Positions 17,197 through 25,920 of a stretch of DNA of 58,684 bases are shown here, one piece after another. The stretch's first letter is position 1; the number at the start of each line of letters is the position of its first letter. The notes under the pieces were generated by a model. The model was given only the letters and a program-made list of their open reading frames with translations. It searched no databases and was not told the DNA's origin. Made by a program: the position numbers and the translations under genes. The DNA lies in the NCBI GenBank assembly GCA_045656325.1, contig JAZOQX010000074.1, positions 1-58,684 on the forward strand, given 5' to 3'. The DNA is from Eubacteriales bacterium (GTDB taxonomy: Bacteria > Bacillota > Clostridia > Oscillospirales > CAG-272).

Positions 17197-19392
17197 TTAT
17201 TCAACCGCGTTGACGTGATACTTGAGCGTCAGGAAATCGCCGCCGCGGAATTTGATGATGATTCCCACCGTCATCAAGATCTCTCCCGAAAGAGTGAGAT
17301 CCAACTCGGAAATGTGATACATGGTCTTAGGATCCAATCCCTCCAGCCGCATTCTCAAGGGGTAGTCGTTGCAAATATTGGTTCTGCGGTAAAGGGTCAT
17401 GGTGGACTGCTTCTTGTCCTTGGACACCAACTGGAATGCAAAGAAATTGCTCTCGAAGGGGTTGGCAAGGCGATACAGATCTCCGTTCAGTACCAGATCC
17501 TCGTCATTTTCCTTATAATCGACGATCTGCGCCCGAACCTCTTCCCGATCCTCATCGGTAAAGGCGGTGGAGTCAAGCTCGTAGCCCGTAGCGCCCAGAT
17601 GGGCAATATCTCCTCGGGTCTTCATGGAGCAAACGCGTCCGTAGGTCTGATGGTTGGGAACCGCGGATACGTGACAGCTCATGGAGGACAGAGGATAACA
17701 CATAGAGGTACCGTACTGGATCAGCGTTCTCGCTTCCGCGTCGGAGTTATCGGAGGTCCAGATCTGAGAGAAGTAGTGAAGCATAGCGGGGTCAAAGCGT
17801 CCGCCGCCTGCGGAGCAGCCCTCAAAGAAGACGTTGGGGTTTGCCTCAACGATCCGCTCGCACAGATCGTACACGCCAAGGGCGTACAGGTGGGCAAACC
17901 GAGCCTGATCCTTAGCCGCTCTGCCGAGGGAGAAGGATTCGGTCACGTTACGGTTGTAATCCCACTTTACGTAATCAAGACCGTTCTCGCGGATGACCTT
18001 ATTGACGGTCTCTACGATATAGTCGCGAACCTCCTTGCGGGTCAGGTCCATCATCCAAGAATCCCGTCCGATTCCGTGGATCCGTCCGGGCACGCCGATG
18101 ATATAATCGGGATGGGCGCGATACACCTCGGAGTTCTCGTTAAGGCACTCGGGCTCGAACCAAAGTCCCATCTTCATGCCCTTGCTCTTCACGTAGTCCA
18201 CCAAAGGCTTAAGTCCTCCGGGGAGCTTGGTGGGATTCACGATATGCCAGTCGCCAAGGCTCGCCGTAGAGGTGTTGCGATCGGTTCCGAACCATCCGTC
18301 GTCCAATACGAAGGTGTCAATTCCCGTACCCTCAACGGCATCCACGATTGCCTTGAGCTTTTCCAGATTAAAGTCAAAGGTGGTTCCCTCCCAGTTGTTG
18401 AGAACCAAGGGTCTGGGCGCCTTGACGAATCTCTTGTTGATCAGATGCTCGCGGTAAGCGTCGTGGAAGGCGCGGCTCATACCGCTAAATCCCTCTGCGG
18501 AGTAGGCGATGACCACCTCGGGAGTTTCAAAGCTCTCTCCCGCCTCCAGCGTCCAGTAAAAATCAAAGTCGTTGATACCGCCCGTAAGCAGGGTATGTCC
18601 GCCCGAATCTCCCTGCGCCTTCAGCACGTAGGAGGAGGAGTACACCAGATTCACGCCCCATACCTGACCTGCCTTCTCCGTAGCGCCCAAATCGGACACG
18701 GCGATAAAAGGATTCAGCGTTGCGGAGGAGCTTGTATTTTTGGAATCAATGGAAACCACACCGTGGTGAACACGGGTCTTCTGCATAAAGCGCTCGTGCG
18801 CCCAGGAACCCCACAGAGAGGTTACCTCGTAATCTCTCCCGGGAAGACTCAAAGAGAAGGAATAAGCGCGGCGAAGGGTTGCGGGGGTCTTCGCGCCGTT
18901 GCGGTAGACCGCGCGGCGGGCGATCACGTCACAATCGTCGTATACGGTATAGTAAAGATCCGCACAAAAATCGGTATGCTCGTCCTTCAGGTGAAGCACC
19001 AGCGTCTCGCCTCCGTCCAAGGAGGGCATTCCGCTGATGGCGGGCTTGGTGGGAAGGATCTCATGACCCGCGTAAAGGAGATCGGAAAGTCTGTCTCCCG
19101 CCGCGTTCTCCACAAGAACCGCAGGCTCACGGTAGTCGCCCGTTCCAAAGAAGGCAAGCTCGCTCTTCATATAGTTGTAGGACCAGATCCTCTGCCCCTC
19201 AATCGCGGGATTGGGATGGATTCCCTTGGAAAGTCCGCCGTAGGCGCGGGTGTGCATCAAGGACTCGTGAGGAATCTTTTTTCCGAAATAAAGATGCTCG
19301 GCATAGCCAAAGGGATTGATGAAAAAGGAATAGGTCGTTCCCTTTCCGTCCAGCCAGAACGTTTTGGTTTCTTTTTCAAAAATAATGGACAT
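17197..19392 (-). CDS. Alpha-galactosidase, glycoside hydrolase family 36
   Basis: 731 aa. GH36 hallmarks FVLDDGWFG, KWDYNR and CSAGGGRFD. Confidence 0.9.
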   Translation of the reverse strand: MSIIFEKETKTFWLDGKGTTYSFFINPFGYAEHLYFGKKIPHESLMHTRAYGGLSKGIHPNPAIEGQRIWSYNYMKSELAFFGTGDYREPAVLVENAAGDRLSDLLYAGHEILPTKPAISGMPSLDGGETLVLHLKDEHTDFCADLYYTVYDDCDVIARRAVYRNGAKTPATLRRAYSFSLSLPGRDYEVTSLWGSWAHERFMQKTRVHHGVVSIDSKNTSSSATLNPFIAVSDLGATEKAGQVWGVNLVYSSSYVLKAQGDSGGHTLLTGGINDFDFYWTLEAGESFETPEVVIAYSAEGFSGMSRAFHDAYREHLINKRFVKAPRPLVLNNWEGTTFDFNLEKLKAIVDAVEGTGIDTFVLDDGWFGTDRNTSTASLGDWHIVNPTKLPGGLKPLVDYVKSKGMKMGLWFEPECLNENSEVYRAHPDYIIGVPGRIHGIGRDSWMMDLTRKEVRDYIVETVNKVIRENGLDYVKWDYNRNVTESFSLGRAAKDQARFAHLYALGVYDLCERIVEANPNVFFEGCSAGGGRFDPAMLHYFSQIWTSDNSDAEARTLIQYGTSMCYPLSSMSCHVSAVPNHQTYGRVCSMKTRGDIAHLGATGYELDSTAFTDEDREEVRAQIVDYKENDEDLVLNGDLYRLANPFESNFFAFQLVSKDKKQSTMTLYRRTNICNDYPLRMRLEGLDPKTMYHISELDLTLSGEILMTVGIIIKFRGGDFLTLKYHVNAVE

Positions 19393-19405
19393 AGCGTTTC
19401 TCCTT

Positions 19406-20524
19406 TTATTGTTTTACCCATTTAGAGGGATACATCAGCACGTCGGTTCCGTTGTGATTGGTCAGTACCTTCACGTCGTCGCCTTCCGTAAGGTTGGGCT
19501 GGTTTACGCCGTCGTCGGATACCATGGCAACGTAGTGGTTGCCGAAGGGGATTCCGTCCTTTTCGGCGCAAATCTTGTCACTCCAATGCACAAGGTCGGT
19601 GCTGACACGCATTGCCATCACGTCACGGATAAACTGCTTGGGGTTTTCATATTGGAGATCCGACGCGGTCATCAGGTAGATTCCATACTTCTTCAAGTAG
19701 ATCACTCTGGGGTGCCATGCGTCGGCAACGATCACGCTTTCTCTGCCCAGATTTCCTGCCTCGCAGAACGCTCCGTCATAATACTTGACGAAATCGCCCA
19801 TCACGCCATCCTCGCGGCGGCGGGTTCTTGCCACGTACACGTCGCAATGCTCCCAAAGCTCGGTGTCCATGTTCACGCGGGAAATGTTGTAGAAGAGATA
19901 GATGTACTCATCATCAATGAAGCAAGAAAAATCTCCGCTGCCAAGTCCGATCTTGCCCGACTTCTGAGGAACGATATTCTGTCCGTCGGGAATAAACTTG
20001 TCGGTACAAGCCACGTGCTCCGCCGTCACGACCCAACGGTCGAAGATCCAGCTTCTTCCCTCGTCGTCGGAGTGCATCAGACCGATATGACGGAAGTCGG
20101 AGTCAAAGGCGGGGCGATCGCAGAATCCGCGGGAATCGTAGTTGGTTCCCTGCGCCTTCCAGCCCGTTTCATTGTGGAAAAAGCAGAAGAAGCGGTGAGT
20201 CTTGGGGCAGATATAGAGTCCGAAGGGCCAAATGCTTCCGCGAGCGCGGATTCCCTCGGGATACCGAATCCCGGAGAAGGCATAGTCGGCATGACCTACA
20301 CCGAAATTGGTGTTGATATAGTATTGAAGGGTCATATCCTCCAAGGTCTTACCCGAAAACATGGCGATGCGCCCCAAGTGAGAGTGGCCGCTCATTGCCC
20401 AGAGCTTGCCGTCGGTATCACGGTACATGGGAGTGGTTCCATCCTGATACACGTCATACTTGTTCATGAAGGGCGAATCCTTGCCGTCCTCAATCAAAAG
20501 CTTGAAATCCTTCAAAAAGTCCAT
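19406..20524 (-). CDS. Hypothetical Asp-box (BNR-like) protein, probable beta-propeller glycosidase-like
   Basis: 372 aa. The stop codon is 13 nt upstream of the GH36 start codon. Contains SDDEGRSW, which matches the Asp-box consensus S-x-D-x-G-x-T/S-W. No signal peptide. Confidence 0.6.
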   Translation of the reverse strand: MDFLKDFKLLIEDGKDSPFMNKYDVYQDGTTPMYRDTDGKLWAMSGHSHLGRIAMFSGKTLEDMTLQYYINTNFGVGHADYAFSGIRYPEGIRARGSIWPFGLYICPKTHRFFCFFHNETGWKAQGTNYDSRGFCDRPAFDSDFRHIGLMHSDDEGRSWIFDRWVVTAEHVACTDKFIPDGQNIVPQKSGKIGLGSGDFSCFIDDEYIYLFYNISRVNMDTELWEHCDVYVARTRRREDGVMGDFVKYYDGAFCEAGNLGRESVIVADAWHPRVIYLKKYGIYLMTASDLQYENPKQFIRDVMAMRVSTDLVHWSDKICAEKDGIPFGNHYVAMVSDDGVNQPNLTEGDDVKVLTNHNGTDVLMYPSKWVKQ

Positions 20525-20554
20525 AAAAAATCTCCTTTCGATTTCCTTATTGTT

Positions 20555-20583
20555 ATTATAACAAAGGAAGAAAAAAATTGCAA
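20555..20583 (-). promoter_or_regulatory. Sigma-A promoter for the Asp-box/GH36 operon, embedded in an imperfect palindrome
   Basis: Minus strand reads TTGCAA, a 17-nt spacer, then TGtTATAAT. The -10 region lies inside TTCCTTATTGTTATTATAACAAAGGAA. Confidence 0.6.
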
Positions 20584-20594
20584 GGGGATTTTAG

Positions 20595-21476
20595 AAAAGA
20601 AAAGGGAGAAACTTTTCTCTTGCCAAAGCGGAGGGCTGCTTTGATAAATATTATAAGAGTCCGCGAAAGCACCCGCTGATCGCTCTGATCGTTCCCGAGC
20701 CCACAAGCGAATTTTACGGGCGGATCGTTGGAGCCATCGAGCATGAATTAAACGGACGCGGAGTCAATTCGGTAATTACCTACCATTATTTCAACAAGGA
20801 GAAGGTGGCAGACCTGTTTCGTGAATTTGTATACGGCTTGCGTGTGGACGGAGTGATCGTGATAGGAGACGGAAGCCTGATTCGCAATCCGGATCAGGTT
20901 CCGCTGATTTCTACGCGCGCACATTCCGCCGCCAATGCCGACACCATTCGATTGGATTATGAAGGCGGAATCGAGGAGATCCTTCGGACGGTGAAGGAAT
21001 ACGGGCACACGGAGGTAGGCTTTATCGGGGAACGATTGACCGTCGGCAAGACGAAGAGCTTTCGGAGCGCCCTGCGAAAGATTGGACTTCGCGTGTGCAA
21101 CGAGTTCATTTACGAATCCGATAAGCGTTTTATGGAGGCGGGGGAGGACGGGATGCGTATGCTGCTTGAGGGCGACCGCTTTCCCAGCGCCATTGTTGCC
21201 GCCTATGACCAGATCGCCTATGGCGACATGAAATACGCGCAAGAACAGGGATACCGTGTGCCGGAGGACTTTTCCTTTGTCGGTATGGACGATATTTCCA
21301 CTACCCCCTATCTCGGGATTCCTCTCAGTTCACTTCACGTGGACATGGAACCAGCAACCAAGCAGCTTGCGGATCTGCTATTCAAGCGGATCGAGAACCG
21401 TTATTATCGGGAGCGAAACAAGATTGTTATACCTGTGAAGATGGTGGTGCGCGATTCCCTTCGGCGAATCGTTTGA
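20595..21476 (+). pseudogene. LacI-family regulator remnant lacking the N-terminal helix-turn-helix
   Basis: The frame is open from the stop at 20592-94. It reads ...FSLAKAEGCFDKYYKSPRKHPLIALIVPEPTSEFYGRIV... (hinge plus sugar-binding core). There is no ATG and no HTH-coding sequence upstream. The first in-frame start-like codon is GTG 20805 (223 aa). Confidence 0.55.
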
Positions 21477-21533
21477 AAAAGTCCGTTGGGATGCTTTCAC
21501 AAAAAATATGCTCTTCATTCAGTCACTGACCGT

Positions 21534-21585
21534 GAAAAAAAGAGGGCGAGAAATTTGGGATACGTTCCCAAATTTCCTCGTCCTC
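21534..21585 (-). terminator. Hairpin plus U-run, terminator for the minus-strand cytidylate-kinase-like gene
   Basis: Imperfect ~19-bp inverted repeat GAGGGCGAGAAATTTGGGA / TTCCCAAATTTCCTCGTCCTC, with AAAAAAA on the plus-strand 5' side. Confidence 0.55.
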
Positions 21586-21612
21586 TTCCCGATTCCCTTG
21601 AAGTTAAAAATT

Positions 21613-21650
21613 CGTCGACCTGTTTTAAGGCAGGTCGACGTTTCTTTTCT
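21613..21650 (+). terminator. Intrinsic terminator after the LacI remnant
   Basis: CGTCGACCTG-ttttaagg-CAGGTCGACG followed by TTTCTTTTCTT. Confidence 0.7.
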
Positions 21651-21660
21651 TCTATTCCGT

Positions 21661-22281
21661 TTATTCTCCCCGCTCGTCAAACCAAAGGCGTACGTAATCC
21701 GCCACGATGGGTACGAGGGTCTTAATATCTCTGTCGGTGGTGTTGAGACAAAGGTGATAGCCCCGACGGTCTCCCCAAGGGATATCCGAAATAATTCCGT
21801 GGTAGCGTCTGCGGTCGGAATCGATCCGCTTGATCTGGCGCTCCATCTGCTTGGCAGACATCTGCTCCTCCTCGGGTGCTCTCTCCTGACAGCGGCAGAC
21901 CTTGGACGCCATATCGGCATACACGAAAATATTGAAGGGTCTATGCTCGCGGAGGATCACATCGGCGGCGCGTCCCACGATCACGCAATTTCCCTTGGCG
22001 GCAAATTCCTTAATCACGCGATTTTGCTCGGCAAACAGCTTTGCCTCGGTCGCCATCAGCGTAGGCGAATAGGAAAAGGTTCGTCCGAAATGTACGGGAA
22101 AATTCCGAAAGGATCCGCCCTCCAAGGCATAGGATACGTAATGCTCATCCAAACGGTGCTGCTCGGCAATGGCGGTCACGATCTCCTTGTCGTAATATTC
22201 ATATCCCATCTCGTCTGCCAAACGCTTTCCAAGCTCTCTTCCACCGCTTCCAAACTCACGGCTAATTGTAATAATACCCAT
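21661..22281 (-). CDS. Cytidylate kinase-like family protein (P-loop NTPase)
   Basis: MGIITISREFGSGGRELGKRLADEMGYEYYDKEIV is the typical N-terminus of this family. 206 aa. Confidence 0.8.
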   Translation of the reverse strand: MGIITISREFGSGGRELGKRLADEMGYEYYDKEIVTAIAEQHRLDEHYVSYALEGGSFRNFPVHFGRTFSYSPTLMATEAKLFAEQNRVIKEFAAKGNCVIVGRAADVILREHRPFNIFVYADMASKVCRCQERAPEEEQMSAKQMERQIKRIDSDRRRYHGIISDIPWGDRRGYHLCLNTTDRDIKTLVPIVADYVRLWFDERGE

Positions 22282-22319
22282 ATTCAGTCCTCTCTTTCCT
22301 TGGAGTTTTGTCTATTTTT

Positions 22320-22348
22320 ATTATACACGGAAAGAGATGGTTTGTCAA
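22320..22348 (-). promoter_or_regulatory. Sigma-A promoter for the cytidylate kinase-like gene
   Basis: Minus strand reads TTGACA, a 17-nt spacer, then TATAAT (perfect consensus). Confidence 0.65.
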
Positions 22349-22385
22349 GAGATTGTTTTCAGGGAAACCCGCTTTTTTCAAGGAA

Positions 22386-23687
22386 TTACTCCCAATCCTC
22401 TCTCGGCTCGGGGTCATCCACGGCAAAGCGGCGCAGCATTCCTCTTGCCTGACTGTCTGCCAACGCGATCACCGTCATCGCTTCGTCTCCGTACTCCACC
22501 GATTCCACCGTTGCGTAGCGGTAAAGGGTATTCAAAGCGCCCCCCTCGGCGTTGGGAATCCGATAGGTCACTCTCCGCTTCCCCTCGGACACGATCTCCG
22601 TCAGCTTTTCGATCATCCGATCCACGCCCTGCCCTGTTTTGGCGGAAATAAAGACCATGCGATCGTCGGGAGCTTCTCTCCCCACTCGGGCGATCTCCGC
22701 CATGCCGCGGTCGCATTTGTTAAAGACATAGAGGGTGGGCTTGTCCGCCGCCCCCAGCTCGGACAAAAGCGACTCGGTGACCCGAAGCTGCTCACGGAAG
22801 CTCTCGTCTGACGCATCGGTCAGCACCAAAAGCACGTCTGCCTGACACGCCTCCTCCAGCGTGGAGCGAAAGGCGCGGATCAGGTGGTGGGGAAGCTTAT
22901 TGATAAATCCTACCGTATCGGTCAGAAGGATCGGCTCTCCCGAGGGCAGAATAAATTTTCTCGTGGTAGGATCCAGCGTTGCGAACAACTTGTCCTCGGC
23001 AAGGATCCCCGCATCGGTCAAACGGTTGAGCAGCGTGGATTTTCCCGCGTTGGTATAGCCTACGATCGCCACCTCGGGGATTCCGCTTCGGTCACGGGCG
23101 GCGCGCATGGTCTTGCGGTTCTTATCCATCTCGGCAATCTGCCGCTCCAGCGCCTGCACGCGGCGCATCATGTGTCTCTTGTCGGTTTCCAGCTTGGATT
23201 CGCCGGGACCTCTGGTTCCGATTCCGCCTCCGAGACGGGACATTTCGGCTCCGTGACCCGAAAGTCTTGGCGCGGTATATTTGAGCTGAGCCAGCTCGAC
23301 CTGCAGCTTTCCCTCTCCCGTCACGGCGTGAAGCGCAAAAATATCCAAAATCAGCATAGAGCGGTCGATCACGCGGATCTCGTTTCCGAGAATATCCTCC
23401 AAGTTGCGAATTTGGGAGGGAGACAGCTCGCAATCAAAGACCACCAGCGTCACGTCGTTTGCCTCGCACAGCGCGGAAAGCTCCGCCGCCTTACCGCTTC
23501 CGATCATGGTACGGGGATCGGGCGACTCCTTGTTCTGCATCATCTTGGCAACCGTTACGCCCCCCGCGGTATCCAGAAGTCCCTCCAGCTCGCAAAGTCC
23601 TCTCTCTACGCTTTCCTGCGTCTCCCCGCCGTAAACGACGCCCACAAGCACCGCGCGGTCCTCTCTTTTCTTTTCGTTTTGTTCCAT
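22386..23687 (-). CDS. hflX: GTPase HflX
   Basis: HflX N-domain plus G-domain (GYTNAGKSTLLNRLT, DTVGF, NKCD). The start is set at ATG 23687 with a GGAAGG RBS. Confidence 0.9.
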   Translation of the reverse strand: MEQNEKKREDRAVLVGVVYGGETQESVERGLCELEGLLDTAGGVTVAKMMQNKESPDPRTMIGSGKAAELSALCEANDVTLVVFDCELSPSQIRNLEDILGNEIRVIDRSMLILDIFALHAVTGEGKLQVELAQLKYTAPRLSGHGAEMSRLGGGIGTRGPGESKLETDKRHMMRRVQALERQIAEMDKNRKTMRAARDRSGIPEVAIVGYTNAGKSTLLNRLTDAGILAEDKLFATLDPTTRKFILPSGEPILLTDTVGFINKLPHHLIRAFRSTLEEACQADVLLVLTDASDESFREQLRVTESLLSELGAADKPTLYVFNKCDRGMAEIARVGREAPDDRMVFISAKTGQGVDRMIEKLTEIVSEGKRRVTYRIPNAEGGALNTLYRYATVESVEYGDEAMTVIALADSQARGMLRRFAVDDPEPREDWE

Positions 23688-23720
23688 CACAAAACCTTCC
23701 TTTCGGGTTCTCTTATGCAT

Positions 23721-23755
23721 AAAAAAGCAGAAAAGGCAGGTTCATCCTGCCTTTT
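23721..23755 (-). terminator. rpmE terminator, only 33 nt upstream of the hflX start
   Basis: AAAAGGCAGG-ttcat-CCTGCCTTTT. On the minus strand it is followed by CUGCUUUUUU. Confidence 0.75.
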
Positions 23756-23774
23756 GCTCGATCTATGACTGTTC

Positions 23775-23984
23775 TTATCGACCGGAAGCCTCAAGTCTCT
23801 TCTTGAACTTGTCGACACGTCCGCCCACGTCGACAAACTTCTGCTTGCCGGTGAAGAAGGGATGGCACTTGGAGCAGATTTCAACTCTGATCTCGCCGCC
23901 CTTGGTGGACTTGGTCGTTACAGTCTCGCCGCACGCGCAACGGATGACGCACTCTTCGTAATTGGGATGAATTCCGGATTTCAT
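23775..23984 (-). CDS. rpmE: 50S ribosomal protein L31 (Zn-ribbon type)
   Basis: [22 protein letters not shown]...[10 protein letters not shown], 69 aa. The longer ORF extension has no support. Confidence 0.93.
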   Translation of the reverse strand: MKSGIHPNYEECVIRCACGETVTTKSTKGGEIRVEICSKCHPFFTGKQKFVDVGGRVDKFKKRLEASGR

Positions 23985-24042
23985 GATTTTTACCTCGTTT
24001 CTAATATTCCGATGTTCTTTGACATCGTTTGCAAACGAAGCA

Positions 24043-24071
24043 ATTATATCACAAACCGATTCGAATTGCAA
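24043..24071 (-). promoter_or_regulatory. Sigma-A promoter for rpmE
   Basis: Minus strand reads TTGCAA, a 17-nt spacer, then TATAAT. Confidence 0.6.
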
Positions 24072-24098
24072 GAGCTTTTTGAAAATTTTTTTATTTTT

Positions 24099-24881
24099 TT
24101 AAAATTCCGCCTCGATCTCCTCCTTGAGACGGGCAATGATCTTCTTTTCCAGTCGAGAAATATAGGACTGCGAAATACCGAGACGCTCGGCAACCTCCTT
24201 TTGGGTCAGCTCCCGCTGTCCGTTCATGCCGTAACGAAGCTCAATGATCTCCCGCTCCCGCGCGCCCAGCCCCGCCACCGCCCGACGGATTCTCTGGCGC
24301 TCCTCCATTTGCTCGATCTCCGAGGCGATCATATCCTCGTCGCTTCCCAAAATATCGGAAAGGAGCAGCTCGTTTCCGTCCCAGTCGGTATTCAAGGGCT
24401 CGTCGATGGAGATCTCGGCTCTCGTCCCCGAATGCTTACGGATAAACATGAGGATCTCATTCTCTATGCAGCGGGAGGCGTAGGTTGCCAGCTTGATATT
24501 CTTATCCGACCGAAAGGTGTTGATAGCCTTGATCAAGCCGATGGTACCGATGGACACCAGATCCTCCAGCCCCGCTCCCGTATTTTCAAACCGCTTGGCA
24601 ATGTAGACCACTAAACGGAGATTATGCTCAATGAGAAGCGCCCTTGCACCCTCGTCCTTGCCCAGCCGCTCGATGATCTGCGCCTCCTCCGCGCGGCTCA
24701 GGGGCGCGGGCAGTACGTCCGAGCCGTTGACGTAATATACGCCGCTCCGCCGAAGGAGCCACCAACCTCGGATTTTTCCCATCCTTCCGCGCAGCCACGA
24801 GGGCAGCCGCCGCGCCCCTTCCCACGCCTTCCTTAGGATTCCGCAGATTTGCTCCCCTATACGCTTGATCCTTTTTTTCAT
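24099..24881 (-). CDS. sigE: Sporulation sigma factor SigE precursor (pro-sigma-E)
   Basis: [14 protein letters not shown], region 2 ([13 protein letters not shown]) and region 4 ([21 protein letters not shown]). It lies 17 nt downstream of spoIIGA. The start is set at ATG 24881 with a GGAGGAA RBS. Confidence 0.9.
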   Translation of the reverse strand: MKKRIKRIGEQICGILRKAWEGARRLPSWLRGRMGKIRGWWLLRRSGVYYVNGSDVLPAPLSRAEEAQIIERLGKDEGARALLIEHNLRLVVYIAKRFENTGAGLEDLVSIGTIGLIKAINTFRSDKNIKLATYASRCIENEILMFIRKHSGTRAEISIDEPLNTDWDGNELLLSDILGSDEDMIASEIEQMEERQRIRRAVAGLGAREREIIELRYGMNGQRELTQKEVAERLGISQSYISRLEKKIIARLKEEIEAEF

Positions 24882-24898
24882 TACATTCCTCCCCAAAA

Positions 24899-25777
24899 TT
24901 ATACCGTCATAAGCTCCGCGGGCAGAAGAACCGAATATCCCCCTGCGCTTTTTCCCAAGTGGGACAGCGCCACGATGGCATCCACCTCCCGCTCGCCGTT
25001 TCCGCCGTTCACCGTGATCCGCTCCATGCGAAGCGCCAGCAAAAGCCCCTCTCCCGATGCGGTCTTGGCAGGCACGATCCGAATATTTCGGGCGTGAGCC
25101 TCGCTCACTCGATCCAGCGCCGAGGTACCGCCCGCCCGTGCCGCGCGAAGAATTTCCTCGGGCAGGATCGGACGCAGCGCCTCCGTATCCGCCAAAAGAC
25201 AAGGCTTCCCTCCGATAGGCTCACGCAAAAGATTGCCCGTATCGGTCATTGCATTCAAGCGAATGCTTCTCCCACCATAGGAAAGCGACACTCTCGCGCT
25301 CGTTCTCGCGCTCTGCTTGGTAAAAAATTTCCCGCCCGCCAAGGTAATGATGCCGCTGATTCCCGCCAACAACGCAAAGAGCCACACCGAGATCCCGTCT
25401 CCCTCGATGCCGCCCGCGCTGCCGAGCCAGTCGCTTTTTTTCATCAGATTGAACAGGGCGGTCATGAAGCCGCCAAGGGTCATGGAAACCGCCGTATACA
25501 CCAACACGTATACGGGAAGCGACCGCCGCTCTCCCTTTTTTCCGTATGTAATAAAACAGATTGCTCCGCAGGCGAGAAGGTCGGCGCCCAGCGCCGCCGC
25601 CCCCGCAAGAGGCAAAAACAATGCCAGATCCGCGTAGATCCCTCCCACGGCGGCTCCCGCCGTCATGCGTCCGAAGCGGATCGGTCCCCGAAGGATCCTT
25701 GAGGTCAAAAAAAAGCAAAGAAAGTCCATACTGAAATTGATCAAAAAGTAGAGGTCCACGTAAACCGTTTGCTCCAT
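24899..25777 (-). CDS. spoIIGA: Sigma-E processing aspartic peptidase SpoIIGA
   Basis: [24 protein letters not shown], five TM segments, and catalytic DTGN ([12 protein letters not shown]). Confidence 0.9.
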   Translation of the reverse strand: MEQTVYVDLYFLINFSMDFLCFFLTSRILRGPIRFGRMTAGAAVGGIYADLALFLPLAGAAALGADLLACGAICFITYGKKGERRSLPVYVLVYTAVSMTLGGFMTALFNLMKKSDWLGSAGGIEGDGISVWLFALLAGISGIITLAGGKFFTKQSARTSARVSLSYGGRSIRLNAMTDTGNLLREPIGGKPCLLADTEALRPILPEEILRAARAGGTSALDRVSEAHARNIRIVPAKTASGEGLLLALRMERITVNGGNGEREVDAIVALSHLGKSAGGYSVLLPAELMTV

Positions 25778-25860
25778 TCTCTCACCCCTTCCATGCTTCT
25801 ATTATACGCGCCCTCCCCCGTGAAATTTGTCTCTTTCCCCCGATTGCCTCAAACTTTTTC

Positions 25861-25904
25861 CAAAAACATACCGCCCCTGCTATCCACACAGATAGCAAGG
25901 GCGG
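25861..25904 (-). terminator. GH127 gene terminator
   Basis: CCGCCCCTGCTATC-cacaca-GATAGCAAGGGCGG, followed on the minus strand by UAUGUUUUU. Confidence 0.7.
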
Positions 25905-25920
25905 TTCGTTATGTATAAAC

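Noticed and set aside
17107-19425. 772-aa ORF antisense to the GH36 alpha-galactosidase
   Set aside because: Same reasoning. The GH36 motifs are on the other strand, and this ORF has no RBS or recognisable domain.
23688-23720. Upstream in-frame ATG (23720) for hflX
   Set aside because: It abuts the U-run of the rpmE terminator with no RBS. ATG 23687 has a GGAAGG RBS at correct spacing.
24882-25202. N-terminal 107-aa extension of the sigE ORF that overlaps spoIIGA
   Set aside because: The extension is Gly/Arg-rich, overlaps the spoIIGA coding sequence, and lacks an RBS. ATG 24881 has a GGAGGAA RBS and gives a normal pro-sigma-E.
25880-25888. DnaA-box-like CTATCCACA
   Set aside because: It is a single copy with one mismatch, embedded in the stem-loop of the GH127 terminator. 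There is no cluster of boxes or AT-rich unwinding element, so this is not an origin.
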